Shown here piece by piece: positions 13,201-23,900 of a stretch of DNA of 64,000 bases (position 1 is the first letter of the stretch; each line of letters begins with the position of its first letter). The notes below the pieces were generated by a model. It ran no database searches, was not told the origin of the DNA, and saw only the letters and a program-made list of their open reading frames with translations. This stretch comes from Octopus vulgaris. Taxonomy: Eukaryota. The position numbers were made by a program, and so were the translations under genes. The stretch covers positions 46,190,001-46,254,000 of the forward strand of contig OX597837.1 of assembly GCA_951406725.2 (NCBI GenBank), in the 5' to 3' direction.

Positions 13201-16200
13201 CAATTTTGTGTTTCATTCTTCTAGGGTAATCATCATCGTCATTGTTTAACATCTGCTCCCTATGCTGGCATGGGTTGGACAGTTTGACATGGAGCTGGTT
13301 AGCAGGGAGCTGCTGGACTCTGTCTGTTGTGGCATGGTTTCTACGGCTGGTTGCCCTTCCTCACACCAATCAACAAAATAAAACACCAATAAAATACTGG
13401 AGTCAATTTAACCTTCAGCATGGTGTATGAGTTTTCTCCCCTCTCAGTGCTTTACAATGCACCTCCAACAACAGGGAAGAAAACTTGTACAGCAACATGA
13501 TTTACATTCAGCGTGCTAAAGGTTAACTGACTGTTTCCCTCCTGGGTTTAAAACAATTATTATCATGTTGGTAGATTATCAGACTTGAAAGAACATCAAA
13601 CAAAGTACCTTTACTCTTTACTCTTTTACTTGTTTCTGTCATTTGACTGTGGCCATGCTGGAGCACCGCCTTTAGTCGAGCAAATCGACCCTGGGACTTA
13701 TTCTTTGTAAGCCCAGTACTTATTCTATTGGTCTCTTTTGCCGAACCGCTAAGTGACGGTGACGTAAACACACCAGCATCGGTTGTCAAGCAATGCTAGG
13801 GGGACAAACACAGGCATACATACATATATATACATATATACGAGAGGCTTCTTTCAGTTTCTGTCTACCAAATCCACTCACAAGGCATTGGTCGGCCCGA
13901 GGCTATAGCAGAAGACACTTGCCCAAGATGCCACGCAGTGGGACTGAACCCGGAACCATGTGGTTGGTTAGCAAGCTACTTACCACACAGCCACTCCTTG
14001 CTACATTTCATCTGACTCTTTACATTCTAAGTTCAAATCACACAGAGTCTGACTGTCCCTTTTATCATTCTAGGGCAGTATTTCTTAACCATCTTCTATC
14101 TATGAACCCCTTTGATTATTGTTTTACTTTCATCAACTCCCATAGCCATTTGATGCTTAAAACTAGTTTTATAGATATGTCTTTCAAAATACCTTTTGCT
14201 CTTTTCACACATTAACTTGTGTAGGCTGAGCTATATAAAATGCTAGAGAAGGAAGCCTAACTCTTTCTTGTAATAAATACATTTAAAGCAAATTTCTTTC
14301 ATGCACTTTTAAAATACTACTTTGGATCCCCAAGTTACTATTTTACTTGTGTGAACCACAAAAAATCTTATATCGACCCTGTTTGAGAACCACTGTTCTT
14401 GAGGATCATCATCATCTAATGTCTGTTTTCCATACTAGCAAGGGTTTGACAGGAGTGGTGAGCCAGAGGACTACATCAAGCTTCAACATCTGCTTTGGTA
14501 TGGTTCCTACAGTGGTTCAGCAAAAGGGGCCAATAGATAGAGGACCAGACTTTAAAACAAATAAAAAAAACAAAAGTATTGGGGTCAAGGTCAATTTATT
14601 TGACTAAAAGTTCTTCAATGTGATGCCCCAGCATGGCCAGAGTCTAATGACTGAAACAAGTAAAAGGTAAATTACCCTGTCAAATGTATTTCTTATTTAT
14701 TCATATTGTTTTGAATCAATCATGCACTGTCTTGTAGCTTTGAGATTTTGATGATCTGATTGTTTCTCTTTAGAATAGTAAGGTAATTGTGAAGGATGGT
14801 TTAGATATAAACCAGAGTATTTGGGCCAGATAAAACCAGTTTAATTACTAAAGGGTTAAACCTCACTCTGTGCACTCAACTTGATGGGTGCATCATTTGT
14901 AATTCTTGCCATTTGCCACTTGAAATTAATTAGCTACTAAATAATAAGGAAGAAGAAGATATATTAAATGTATTTTAATGTTTCTTTCCTTTTTCTATTG
15001 AAGATCGAAGAAAAGAAGGTTTAATTATTTGACGAATGAGGAAAATTACACCTGTTTTGATCAGGTAAGCTGTTTGTCTAATCCTATTTCAATAGCTTTA
15101 CTACTTATACATACCTTGTAAAGAGGCAGATAAGTGAGGAGAGACAGCTCCCTTTAGTTGTGTTGAGCTCACAACTACCTCTCCTGTGCTTGTGTCATGA
15201 AAATGCACTCAATACAGTCTGTATGATGCAAAGTTGAGAGGACTCTTTGGTCTTGCCAAGGATATCATGCTTCTATAGTGTTGGTACTGTGAAAAAAACA
15301 GCACCCAGTACATTTTGTAAAGTGGCTGGTGTTAGGAAGGGTGACCAGCTGTAGAAAGCAAACTAAATGAAATACAAGGGAGATGAGGTTCCCTGATCTA
15401 AGTTTGTATCACTAAATATGTGCTGCTTCCAACTGTGACCATTATCCATACCATGTTAACAAAGGACAAAAGACGATAATGATGAAGAGGAGGAGGATGT
15501 ATGTGTGTGTGTGTGTGTGAGATATGATTACACAAAGTATGTTGATCAACAAAAATAAAAAAAGAGTATAAATCTATTTTGCAGTTATCTGTAATAGAAA
15601 GCCAAAGATCATCTCCAGCAATTTCATTCATGGAACTGAATATTCCAAATACAACAGACAATGGTTAGTTTTATCTTAATTACTTTCTTGTACTAGAATG
15701 CCAAAAATTAAAACGATATCTCAACTGTTATCATAAAACTATGATATATCATAGAAAATATTTTTATTGGTAATCTCTATGCTTCTTAAGACACTAAAGA
15801 GCATGGCTTTGTGATATTGACTTTGCTGTTTTAGATTTAGTCCCACTGGAGGCATTTTGGACCAGTGTCTACTACAACTTTGTGAAATTTGATAGATGAA
15901 AACCATCAGAAAGAGAGACCATCTAGGCCCTTAAGTTGTATAGTTTAACAACTTTACCTGGCCTTTTGCTGCCTTTAATGAAGTCCACTCTGTTTCAAGA
16001 AGTCAAAAAAGGTCTCCAATCTAAGGATAACTTTTTCCCACCAGTTTTTGGAGGTCCTGAGTAATGACATAGGCATTGCCCTTCCTAAGGACTTACCTTT
16101 GCTCAAATTTCAAAGCAGTGAGCTGATAAAAAAAAAAGTTATGATCTCCAATCTAGTTACTTTATCTGATATTATCTTTATCCCGTATTATCTGATCTGG

Positions 16201-17434
16201 TAACTATACTCAAGCACAAAGTGGATATAGGCAATGCAGAATAAATTTTTTTTCCCAAGAAACAACAAAATGTCAGCTAAATCAATGAGAAAGCCTCTAT
16301 ACCAGCCATGGACAACCTGTTGCCTTTGGGACTTTCTGAATGGCATGCTTAAATGAAAGATTACACTGAATTTTGTAGTAGTGCAGCTTGCTTGATGAAG
16401 AGCCATGTCTCATGCAGCCAGCTTCTTAAAAAAGGTTGTCCATGCCTGTTCTATACAGTTACTCAATTTGCTAAACATACTAACCAAATCTCTCTCAAAC
16501 CTTTCGCTACTGTTTGTAAGAATGTGTAGTATGGTCTTCAACCAGAGAATCATACAACAGATTTTAACTCAAAATTCAGGTAGTCCAATACCTTATTTAA
16601 TGGGGTCTTATATTTCTCTATAGTACAAGAAATTATTCCTTACAGTAATAATTATCCAAAAGTTATCATCATTGTGTCAGTTAATTAATACAGTAACTAA
16701 GTTTGTTTCTGTTCATTCTTAGATGAAATGGGATATAATGGCAGTATTTTCCACTTCAACCCAAATTACAGTTTAGAGGTAAGCAAAATATATATTCCGT
16801 CTCCTACTGTTTTCAGAGATATCACTTATTAGCTTTTATTAAAACTAACAATTTTTGACAAGTTATTACTTCTACGAGGGTGAGTCAAAAAGTAATGCCA
16901 TTTTGTTTAGGACAGGTATAATTATCAACACAGTAACATGTATCATACATCAAAATGAAGCCTGTTCTCTGTGGATTACAGTAAAATTCTACTGTTCTTT
17001 GAGCCACTTCCCTACCTCCACATTCACCAGATTTAGCACGTTCAGCGCCACGAAAGAGGGTTTGAGAGGCAAACATTATTCCAGTGACGAGGAAGTTAAA
17101 ACTGTAGTGAAGAAGTGGCTCAAAGAACAGTCAACAGAATTTTACAGGGCAGGTATACATGCTATCAGTCAAAAGTGGAACATTGCTATTGAGAAACAGT
17201 GACTTTGTTGAGAAGTAGGGATGTGATCCACAGAGGACCAGCTTCATTCTGATGTATGACACATGTTCCTGTGTTGGTAATTATACCTGTCCTAAACAAA
17301 ATGGCATTACTTTTTGACTCACCCTCGGAGAAGTAATAACTTGTCAAAAATTGCTAGTTTTAATAAAAGCTAATATTTACTAAATCTGAATATTTTATTT
17401 AAAATTTTATCCTTAGATGCAATATTCTAAGTGA
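1144..17434 (+). CDS. Multi-exon coiled-coil protein gene, 5' end upstream of window; tentative IHO1/CCDC36 (Mer2)-like. join(1144..1192,6875..6962,9069..9139,9795..10069,11927..12733,15004..15064,15585..15663,16723..16778,17417..17434)
   Basis: Nine AG/GT-bounded exons with phases chaining without stops (2-0-1-0-2-2-0-1-0): PLINTIVNIMKESSNE|TKETLQEILENINKFLSKNETLNQSNLEQ|LNQELKEFQQTMLQTVEQNKEKSK|KNYEIEKLNQELSCMKH...|...|SKKRRFNYLTNEENYTCFDQ|LSVIESQRSSPAISF...|DEMGYNGSIFHFNPNYSLE|MQYSK*. Heptad-rich N-terminal half, N/Q/S-rich disordered C-terminal half. Gene existence is well supported; identity and last exon are uncertain. Confidence 0.8.
1250..1890. repeat. Compound trinucleotide microsatellites (TTG/CAC/CAG/CAT/CAA)
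   Basis: Direct inspection. Confidence 0.9.
2350..2625. repeat. (CT)n and (TG)n microsatellite
   Basis: Direct inspection. Confidence 0.9.
3076..3405. repeat. (TCA)n-derived array with 15-bp higher-order unit
   Basis: tcatcatca(c/t)tgtca repeats. Confidence 0.9.
4040..4225 (-). mobile_element. RTE-LINE 3' end or RTE-mobilised SINE with (GAT)n tail
   Basis: (cat)n cgttta..gtc.gctttccatgctagcatgggttggacgg...; similar copies near 6105, 10283, 21048, 33170 and 54650; same tail as the RTE at 26344..27293. Confidence 0.85.
4497..5060 (-). mobile_element. Tc1/mariner transposase remnant
   Basis: TA-CGAGGGG terminus; VPHLLTEDQK...ITGDESWCY and FADVEEVKKK...IASNGEYFEG motifs. Confidence 0.85.
5123..5623. 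mobile_element. MITE with about 40-bp TIR and 8-bp TSD (Merlin-like)
   Basis: TIR ggcgatgtttcggttgttgtagcacacgtttccg; TSD gtagattg at 5115-22 and 5624-31. Confidence 0.85.
6349..6560 (+). mobile_element. SINE family B
   Basis: Same head and core as 17717..17947. Confidence 0.8.
6655..6862. repeat. (TAT)n(TAC)n(TAT)n microsatellite
   Basis: Direct inspection. Confidence 0.95.
6875..6962 (+). CDS. Coiled-coil gene exon (88 bp)
   Basis: ttttaag|ACA...C|gtaagt; TKETLQEILENINKFLSKNETLNQSNLEQ. Confidence 0.85.
7300..8300 (+). mobile_element. Decayed L1/Tx1-like LINE ORF2 (endonuclease region)
   Basis: GCGVAVL, DPDGKLVVL...RLVVANAP, YTDHK, YLKLN motifs with frameshifts. Confidence 0.65.
9069..9139 (+). 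CDS. Coiled-coil gene exon (71 bp)
   Basis: aaatag|TT...AAA|gtgagt; phase matches both neighbours. Confidence 0.85.
9795..10069 (+). CDS. Coiled-coil gene exon (275 bp)
   Basis: cttatag|...GAA|gtaaat; overlaps ORF 9828..10073. Confidence 0.85.
11927..12733 (+). CDS. Coiled-coil gene large exon (807 bp)
   Basis: poly-T atttag|...GAT|gtaagt; inside 305-aa ORF 11820..12737. Confidence 0.9.
12821..13154 (+). mobile_element. SINE family A, 5'-truncated
   Basis: High similarity to other copies. Confidence 0.9.
13611..13998 (-). mobile_element. SINE family A, full length
   Basis: Inverted relative to 12821..13154. Confidence 0.9.
14076..14395. mobile_element. hAT-type MITE
   Basis: cagtatttcttaac / gtttgagaaccactg termini; degenerate 8-bp TSD ttctaggg/ttcttgag. 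Confidence 0.7.
15004..15064 (+). CDS. Coiled-coil gene exon (61 bp), NLS-like KKRR
   Basis: ctattgaag|...CAG|gtaagc. Confidence 0.8.
15585..15663 (+). CDS. Coiled-coil gene exon (79 bp)
   Basis: ttttgcag|...ATG|gttagt; keeps the next exon open to its donor. Confidence 0.75.
16723..16778 (+). CDS. Coiled-coil gene exon (56 bp)
   Basis: cattcttag|...GAG|gtaagc. Confidence 0.75.
16875..17327 (+). mobile_element. Internally deleted mariner with fold-back arms
   Basis: TA-CGAGGGTGAGTCAAAAAG termini; LRGKHYSSDEEVKTVVKKWL...FYRAGIHA transposase C-terminus. Confidence 0.85.
17417..17434 (+). CDS. Putative terminal coding exon (MQYSK*)
   Basis: ttttatccttag|ATG CAA TAT TCT AAG TGA; alternative acceptors exist nearby. 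Confidence 0.4.
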   Translation: MQYSK

Positions 17435-17716
17435 AAATTTTGTTCTGTACATTACCAGATGTAATAACTTGTCCTGTACTTTTCCAGGTTTATAATCTTA
17501 AGTGCATTATTTCTCTTGCTTGCATTTTCCCATGTAATCTATATATATATATATATATATATACAGTACCCTTAGGTGTATACAGCACTCATACAGATGT
17601 CTGCTTATAGGTACAGATACAAAGTAAAAATTAAGCAAAATATGTTCCTCTACCCACAGCACAAGAGAAGTATATGAGCTGCCAGGGTAAACAGGTCATG
17701 TATATTTAAATTAAAA

Positions 17717-17947
17717 GGCGGCAAGCTGGCAGAAACGTTAGCATGCCGGGCGAAATGCGTAGCCGTATTTCGTCTGCTGTTACGTTCTGAGTTCAAATTC
17801 CGCCGAGGTCGACTTTGCCTTTCATCCTTTCGGGGTCGATAAATTAAGTACCAGTTACGCACTGGGGTTGATATAATCGACTTAATCCGTTTGTCTGTCC
17901 TTGTTTGTCCCCTCTGTGTTTAGCCCCTTGTGGGCAGTAAAGAAATA
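17717..17947 (+). mobile_element. tRNA-derived SINE family B (Meta-domain-like core) with 16-bp TSD
   Basis: ggcggcaagctggcagaaacgttagc...gagttcaaatt head, gcctttcatcctttcggggtcgataaattaagtaccag core; TSD tatatttaaattaaaa at 17701-17716 and 17948-17963. Confidence 0.9.
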
Positions 17948-18102
17948 TATATTTAAATTAAAATTGTGGTGGGGGAGGGTGTGCAAAATTGAAGCTGTGT
18001 TCAGACCCTGTACAAATGAATATTAGTCTGCACATAGTTGACATACAAGAATATTTATTATTATTATTATTATTACCACATTAATACACAGGTTCATTTT
18101 AA

Positions 18103-19258
18103 CCCCTCAATGGATTATCCCGAGTTTACTCGTGCATCGCAAATGTTTCTTTTTAGAACCAGACGAGTATACTCAGTCAAAATTAACTTATAATTGTAGC
18201 ACTCAAACGAGTTTATTTGTTTTGTGTCATTTCATTTTTGAGCAATCAGAATCTACTTGCGTTGTCGTACGCCTGGCAGCACATATTCTGGCACCATTTC
18301 AAAGAATTTATGCTTCAGAGCTTTGAACTTTTACTTCGGTGCATTCTCAGACTCAGGAGGAGGTTGATGCCATTTTAGAACCATCTCGTTTTGATTCTCT
18401 ATTATTTATACAAATAAGAGAATTATTTAAGCATTTAAATATATTCAGCGATCACAAAAGCAATTTTTCATTTCACGATCTGGAAAGCTCTGGGGATGAA
18501 TCAGACACGTGTGCAAAATGCGCAAATAGAGACACTAAAGGAGTGTAACTCCATGTTTTTAAAATTATCATTCTAAATAAACTATCTCGTTTAAAAAAAA
18601 TTTTCTTTTGATTTAAAAGCAATACATCTTATCAAAAATCGAAGATAGTTAAGTTCTCTCTCTTTCTCTCTTTTACTTGTTTCAGTCATTTGACTGCGGC
18701 CATGCTGGAGCACCGCCTTTAGTCGAGCAAATCGACCCCGGGACTTATTCTTTGTAAGCCAAGTACTTATTCTATCGGTCTCTTTTGCCGAACTGCTAAG
18801 TGATGGGGACGTAAACACACCAGCATCGGTTGTCAAGCAATGCTAGGGGAACAAACACATATATATATATATATATACATATATACGATAGGCTTCTTTC
18901 AGTTTCTGTCTACCAAATCCACTCACAAGGCATTGGTCGGCCCAAGGCTATAGCAGAAGACACTTGCCCAAGATGCCACGCAGTGGGACTGAACCCGGAA
19001 CCATGTGGTTGGTTAGCAAGCTACTTACCACACAGCCACTCCTGCGCCTATGTATATTTTGTCAATGTCAGAGTTAACTCGTTTAAATCCAAATGAGTAA
19101 ATGTACATTTTAATTTCTATAATAAAAAATAAAGGAAACAAGATAAAAAAAAACTTTTTTTTTTATAATTAACACAGTGTATATAATTAAAAAGAAGAAA
19201 TAAAAAAAATAAGCTCTGAAATGAAATGCCATGTCAAAATAATTGATCGATTAAGGGG
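18103..19258 (+). mobile_element. Non-autonomous piggyBac element
   Basis: TTAA|CCCCTCAATGGAT ... ATCGATTAAGGGG|TTAA; acidic transposase-N-like fragment; SINE insertion inside. Confidence 0.8.
18655..19050 (-). mobile_element. SINE family A nested in a piggyBac element
   Basis: Near-consensus copy. Confidence 0.9.
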
Positions 19259-19359
19259 TTAATCAGCATATTTATTGTGTAAACATTATACAATGAGAAG
19301 GAAGATTGGTTGAATTACATGTGGCCTTAGCTGGCAAGATGTTAATCAGAAAGGATCAC

Positions 19360-19419
<60 letters not shown>

Positions 19420-20940
19420 TACATGTATGTGTATGTACCTCTGTTTAATAATCACTGTTCTAAATATTGGCTGGTTAAATTCTCCAGCCATGCTTTACAT
19501 TGCATAAAGGGAGTGTAAAAGAGAGACAAAGAGTTAACAGCAGTGTGGGATGAGTGCTTGGTGACAGGCAATGAGTAAAATAACACAACACACACACAAC
19601 ATAAAGAAAGAATGAATCACAGAAATAGAATAGGAAGTAAATAACAGAGTTGGCTGTAGCTGAATAAGGATCTGCACTAATTAATACAATAATCACAATA
19701 CGAGATATTCATTACATTTGTAATGAATACTTTCTTTAAATGCTTTTCAAGTTAGTAAAGTAACTTTTTTTCACATTAATCACAAGGGTAGTCACTAACT
19801 TTAGAATTTATTGCAGACAGTTTATTACAATATTAATGCACAAGTGTTATCCATTATATAAAAGGTATCTTCAGAAGTATACATTTACCACTTTGGGTAA
19901 TATCAGGAAATATAGCATACATACAATAATATAATTTAATTTTTACCAAATTAACCATGGTGACAAAAGAATACTTTAACAGTTCCCCATGACATGATGG
20001 GTAGCATTCTAGTAATAATATAATTCTTTGAAATTTTGGCACAAAACAAACAATTTTTAGAGGAAGGGTTGGTAGTCAATTTCACTGGCCCTAATACTTG
20101 ACAGCATTTAGTTTATTGACCTTGTAAGTTGAAAAAAAAAGTTAACCCTGACAGGATTTGAACTCTGAACATAGAGGCCCAGAAGAACTGCTGTTAGGTG
20201 TTTTGACCAGTGAGCTAGCAATTTCAGCCAGCTTGCCACCTGATAATAATAATAAAAATAATAATTATACTGTCCAGCATAAATAAAACTCAACCTCATT
20301 ATATTTTTTTCTGTAAAAACCTATTCTGACATTAAATGAGAACTTCCCATACGAATATTTACATTTGTACATCATTTTTCAACAAAACATTTCTAAATAA
20401 ATTCTGGAAACAATCTACTCATGCAATTAACCCCCCACCCCCAAGTTTATTGTTGTTTTGGCAAAAAACAGCACAAGGCCTGAAATTTTGTGAGAGGGAA
20501 CTAGTCGATCACATCAACCCCAGTACTTGTACTTAATTTATCAGTCAAGAAAGGCAAAGTTAATCTCGGTGAAATCTGAACTCAGAACAAAGCTGCACAC
20601 GATACTGATAAGCATTGCCACCTTAATGATAATAATAATAATAATAATGATTTCTACCAGAGGCAGAAGATCAGAAATACATGAGGAGAAAAAATAGTAG
20701 ACAAAAATCAACGCAAACACTTCACTGGTACTTTATTTTGTTTACTCTGAAGGATGAAAGGCAAGATAGGCCTTACAGCTGGAAAATTCACAAGGTATTC
20801 TGTGTAATGCTCTACTGACTCTTCAGTTCACCTCACTCCAATAGATGCTAATAATAAAAACATTATTTTTACATAAAATAAAGATCTCTATTTTCCTACA
20901 TGTCAAAATCCTTGCTTTAAAACATTAAGTAACAAAAAAT

Positions 20941-20986
20941 TTATTTCATCTGTGGAATACGACTTGTAAATGCTGGTTTTGGTAAT
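20941..20986 (-). CDS. GTSE1: GTSE1 last coding exon ([15 protein letters not shown])
   Basis: atttcag|A TTA CCA...AAA TAA. Confidence 0.8.
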
Positions 20987-23900
20987 CTGAAATAAAACAA
21001 AGAATTTAAGTTGTGTGTATATTCATAAGCATGAGTGTGTATATATATCATCATCATCATCATCATCGTTTAGCGTCCGCTTTCCATGCTAGCATGGGTT
21101 GGACGGTTCTACTGGGGTCTGTGAAGCCAGAAGGCTTCATCAGGCCCAGTCAAATCTGGCAGTGTTTCTACGGCTGGATGCCCTTCCTAACGCCAACCAC
21201 TCCGTGAGTGTAGTGGGTGCTTTTTACGTGCCACCCGCAATATATATGCACACACATTTTTGTTTTACTATATATATAAAATTGTATGTATGTATGAGTG
21301 TGTGTGTGTGTGTGTTTCCATCTCTTAAAAATAGTTTGAAATTAGCATCTTATATGCTGCCATGAAAGTATCAAGTGTCGGGCACATTTATGAAAAGCTG
21401 GTTCAGATGTGAGGTTACTGTCCACTCTCTTACTATTTTATAGTGGAAGTTGAATTTAAATTGCTGAAATTTATAAATTTATCTGAAGGTTATGTTTTTA
21501 TGCCCTTCGGTTAAGGAAATGCGTGAACTAACGTTATCTAGGCAACAACAAGGAAGACGAAACTATAGAACTACATTTACATGATGACATGGAACTGACA
21601 TAGATGGAATAATGGAAAGGAGCTAATAAGGGGTTTTATAATCTGCGCAGAAATAGAAGAGTAAATGACGGGTTGAAAAGGCAAGACTTATCTGGCCATC
21701 TTCTGGGGTTCGTGTTTTCAGCCGAGATGCTGATCTCTAATTGTGGAAGAGGTAGATCCAAGAGGACATGGGATGAGATGGTGAAACGTGAACCTCAGAT
21801 GCTGAGTCTCACGGAGACAATGACAAGCGAGCGGGAGTTCAGGCAAACTGCTATGCTCAAGAAGACACCTCGAGCTAAATGAAACTGTGGTCATGGCCTG
21901 GTGTCTGTGACGTATGAATGGCACCCATGCTGGTGACACATAAAAGACACCCAGTACACTTTGTGGAGGGGTTGGCATTAGGAAGGGCATTTAAGTTGTA
22001 GAAACCAAGCCAAAACAGACTGGAACCTGGTGCAGCTCTCTGGTTTACCACCTCTAGTCAAACCACTCAACCGAGCATAGAAAATAGATGCTAAATGATG
22101 ATGAGGATGATGGTGGTGTGTATGTGTTTATAAGTTTAAGACTTCTTACAGTGTTACATTTATAGCCCTTGGCTGATGATGCTGGATGATAGAAAAGGTA
22201 TGATGAGTAATTAGAGCAATCATTTCAATGCAAGCAATACCTTCTCCAACATTAAACAATGGCTACAAATGTACGTCCTTAAACTGGTTCAATAGTGATA
22301 CACTGAAATTATTGAATCAAGTCAGTTAGAAGCCAAACATTACATAACGAAAATATCTTACTTTGATCTTGTGGATAAAGATGGTGCAGGGATCTTTTCA
22401 GAAGCTGAAATGGAAAAAAAATTGAAATTTACTTAAGGACGATTAAATTCTCTGTCAAACTTACACATTTATTTTCATCATTGTTTTTAACATCCACTTA
22501 TTTATGCTTGCATCTATCAGACAGGATTTGATGAGGCATATTTTCTACAGCTGGATGCTCTTTCTGTCACCAACCCTCACTTGCAAGGTAATATTTTCCT
22601 ATGTGGTTTTCACAGAAGACTAGAAATGAACAACATCGCTTGTATGATAGTGCTCATTCACAAACATTACCTGATGTTAAGACATATATTTGGTAGACAG
22701 AAACTCAAAGAAACTCATTCAAGTGTGACTGTATGGTAAGAAGCTTGCTTCCCAACCCTGTAGTTCTGGGTTCAGTTTCACTGCATGGCACCTTGGCTAA
22801 GTGTCTTCTACTATAGCCTCAGGCCAACCAATGCCTTGTGAGTGGATTGGATAGATGGAAACTTAAAGAAGCCTGTTATGTGTATGTGTGTGTATTTGTT
22901 TGTCTCCCCACTCCCCCATTGTTTGGCAAACAATGTTGGTGTGTTTACTTACAATTCTGTAAACCTAGCAGTTTGGCAAAAGAGACCTACAGAATAAGTA
23001 ATGGGCTTTAAAAAAATAGGTCCTGGGGTTGATTTGTTCAATTCAAACCCTTCAAAGTAGTGCTCTAGAATGGCTGCATTCAAATGACTGAAACAAGTAA
23101 AAAAAAAGCACACACAAACACACATATGCTTCTTTCTTTGGTCAGCCTGGGGTTATAGAAGGCATTTGCCCAAGGTGTACTACAGAAGGGGTGAACCTGA
23201 AAACATGTAGTTGGGAAGCAAGCTACTCAACTAAAAAGCAATGTGTGCGTGAGTGTGTGTAGTATTTGTGTCTCCTTGTCTTGACATTGCATGATAATTG
23301 TAAATGAGTGCCACTGACATATAAGCAGTATTATTAATTTCCGATATTCTGTGGAAACATGTTTGGCCATGGGGAAATATTACTTTGTTAGGAAACATGC
23401 AAGAACTGGGAACAGAAAAGACATCTGGCCATAGCAAAAAATCTGCCTCAATAAACTTTTGACCAATGCCAGCATGGGAAAGTAGATGTTAAAATCATAA
23501 AAATAAATACATACCTTTGACTACTGGCTTGTGGATGGCTTTCACCGGGCCTTTTTGTGCAACCTGATTGGAGACATTAGGTTTACTGGCGTTCAATGCC
23601 ATAAGAGGTTGCTGTATTTTAAATGGCTGTGTCATCTTGGATTTCACCACTTCCTTAGAACCCGATGTCTGAAAATAAAAAAAATTCAAATCTCATTCTG
23701 AAATTTTATTTTGTGTAGTTAAGAAGCTTGCTTTGCAACCATGTGCTTTGGGATTCAGTCCCATCGTGTAACGACACCTTGGGCATGTGTCTTCTACAAC
23801 TGATCAATGCCTTGAGAGTGAATTTAGAAGACGAAAACTATGAGGAACGCCAGCATATATGCATGTATGTGTCTGTATTGCTAGCACTATCATTTGACAA

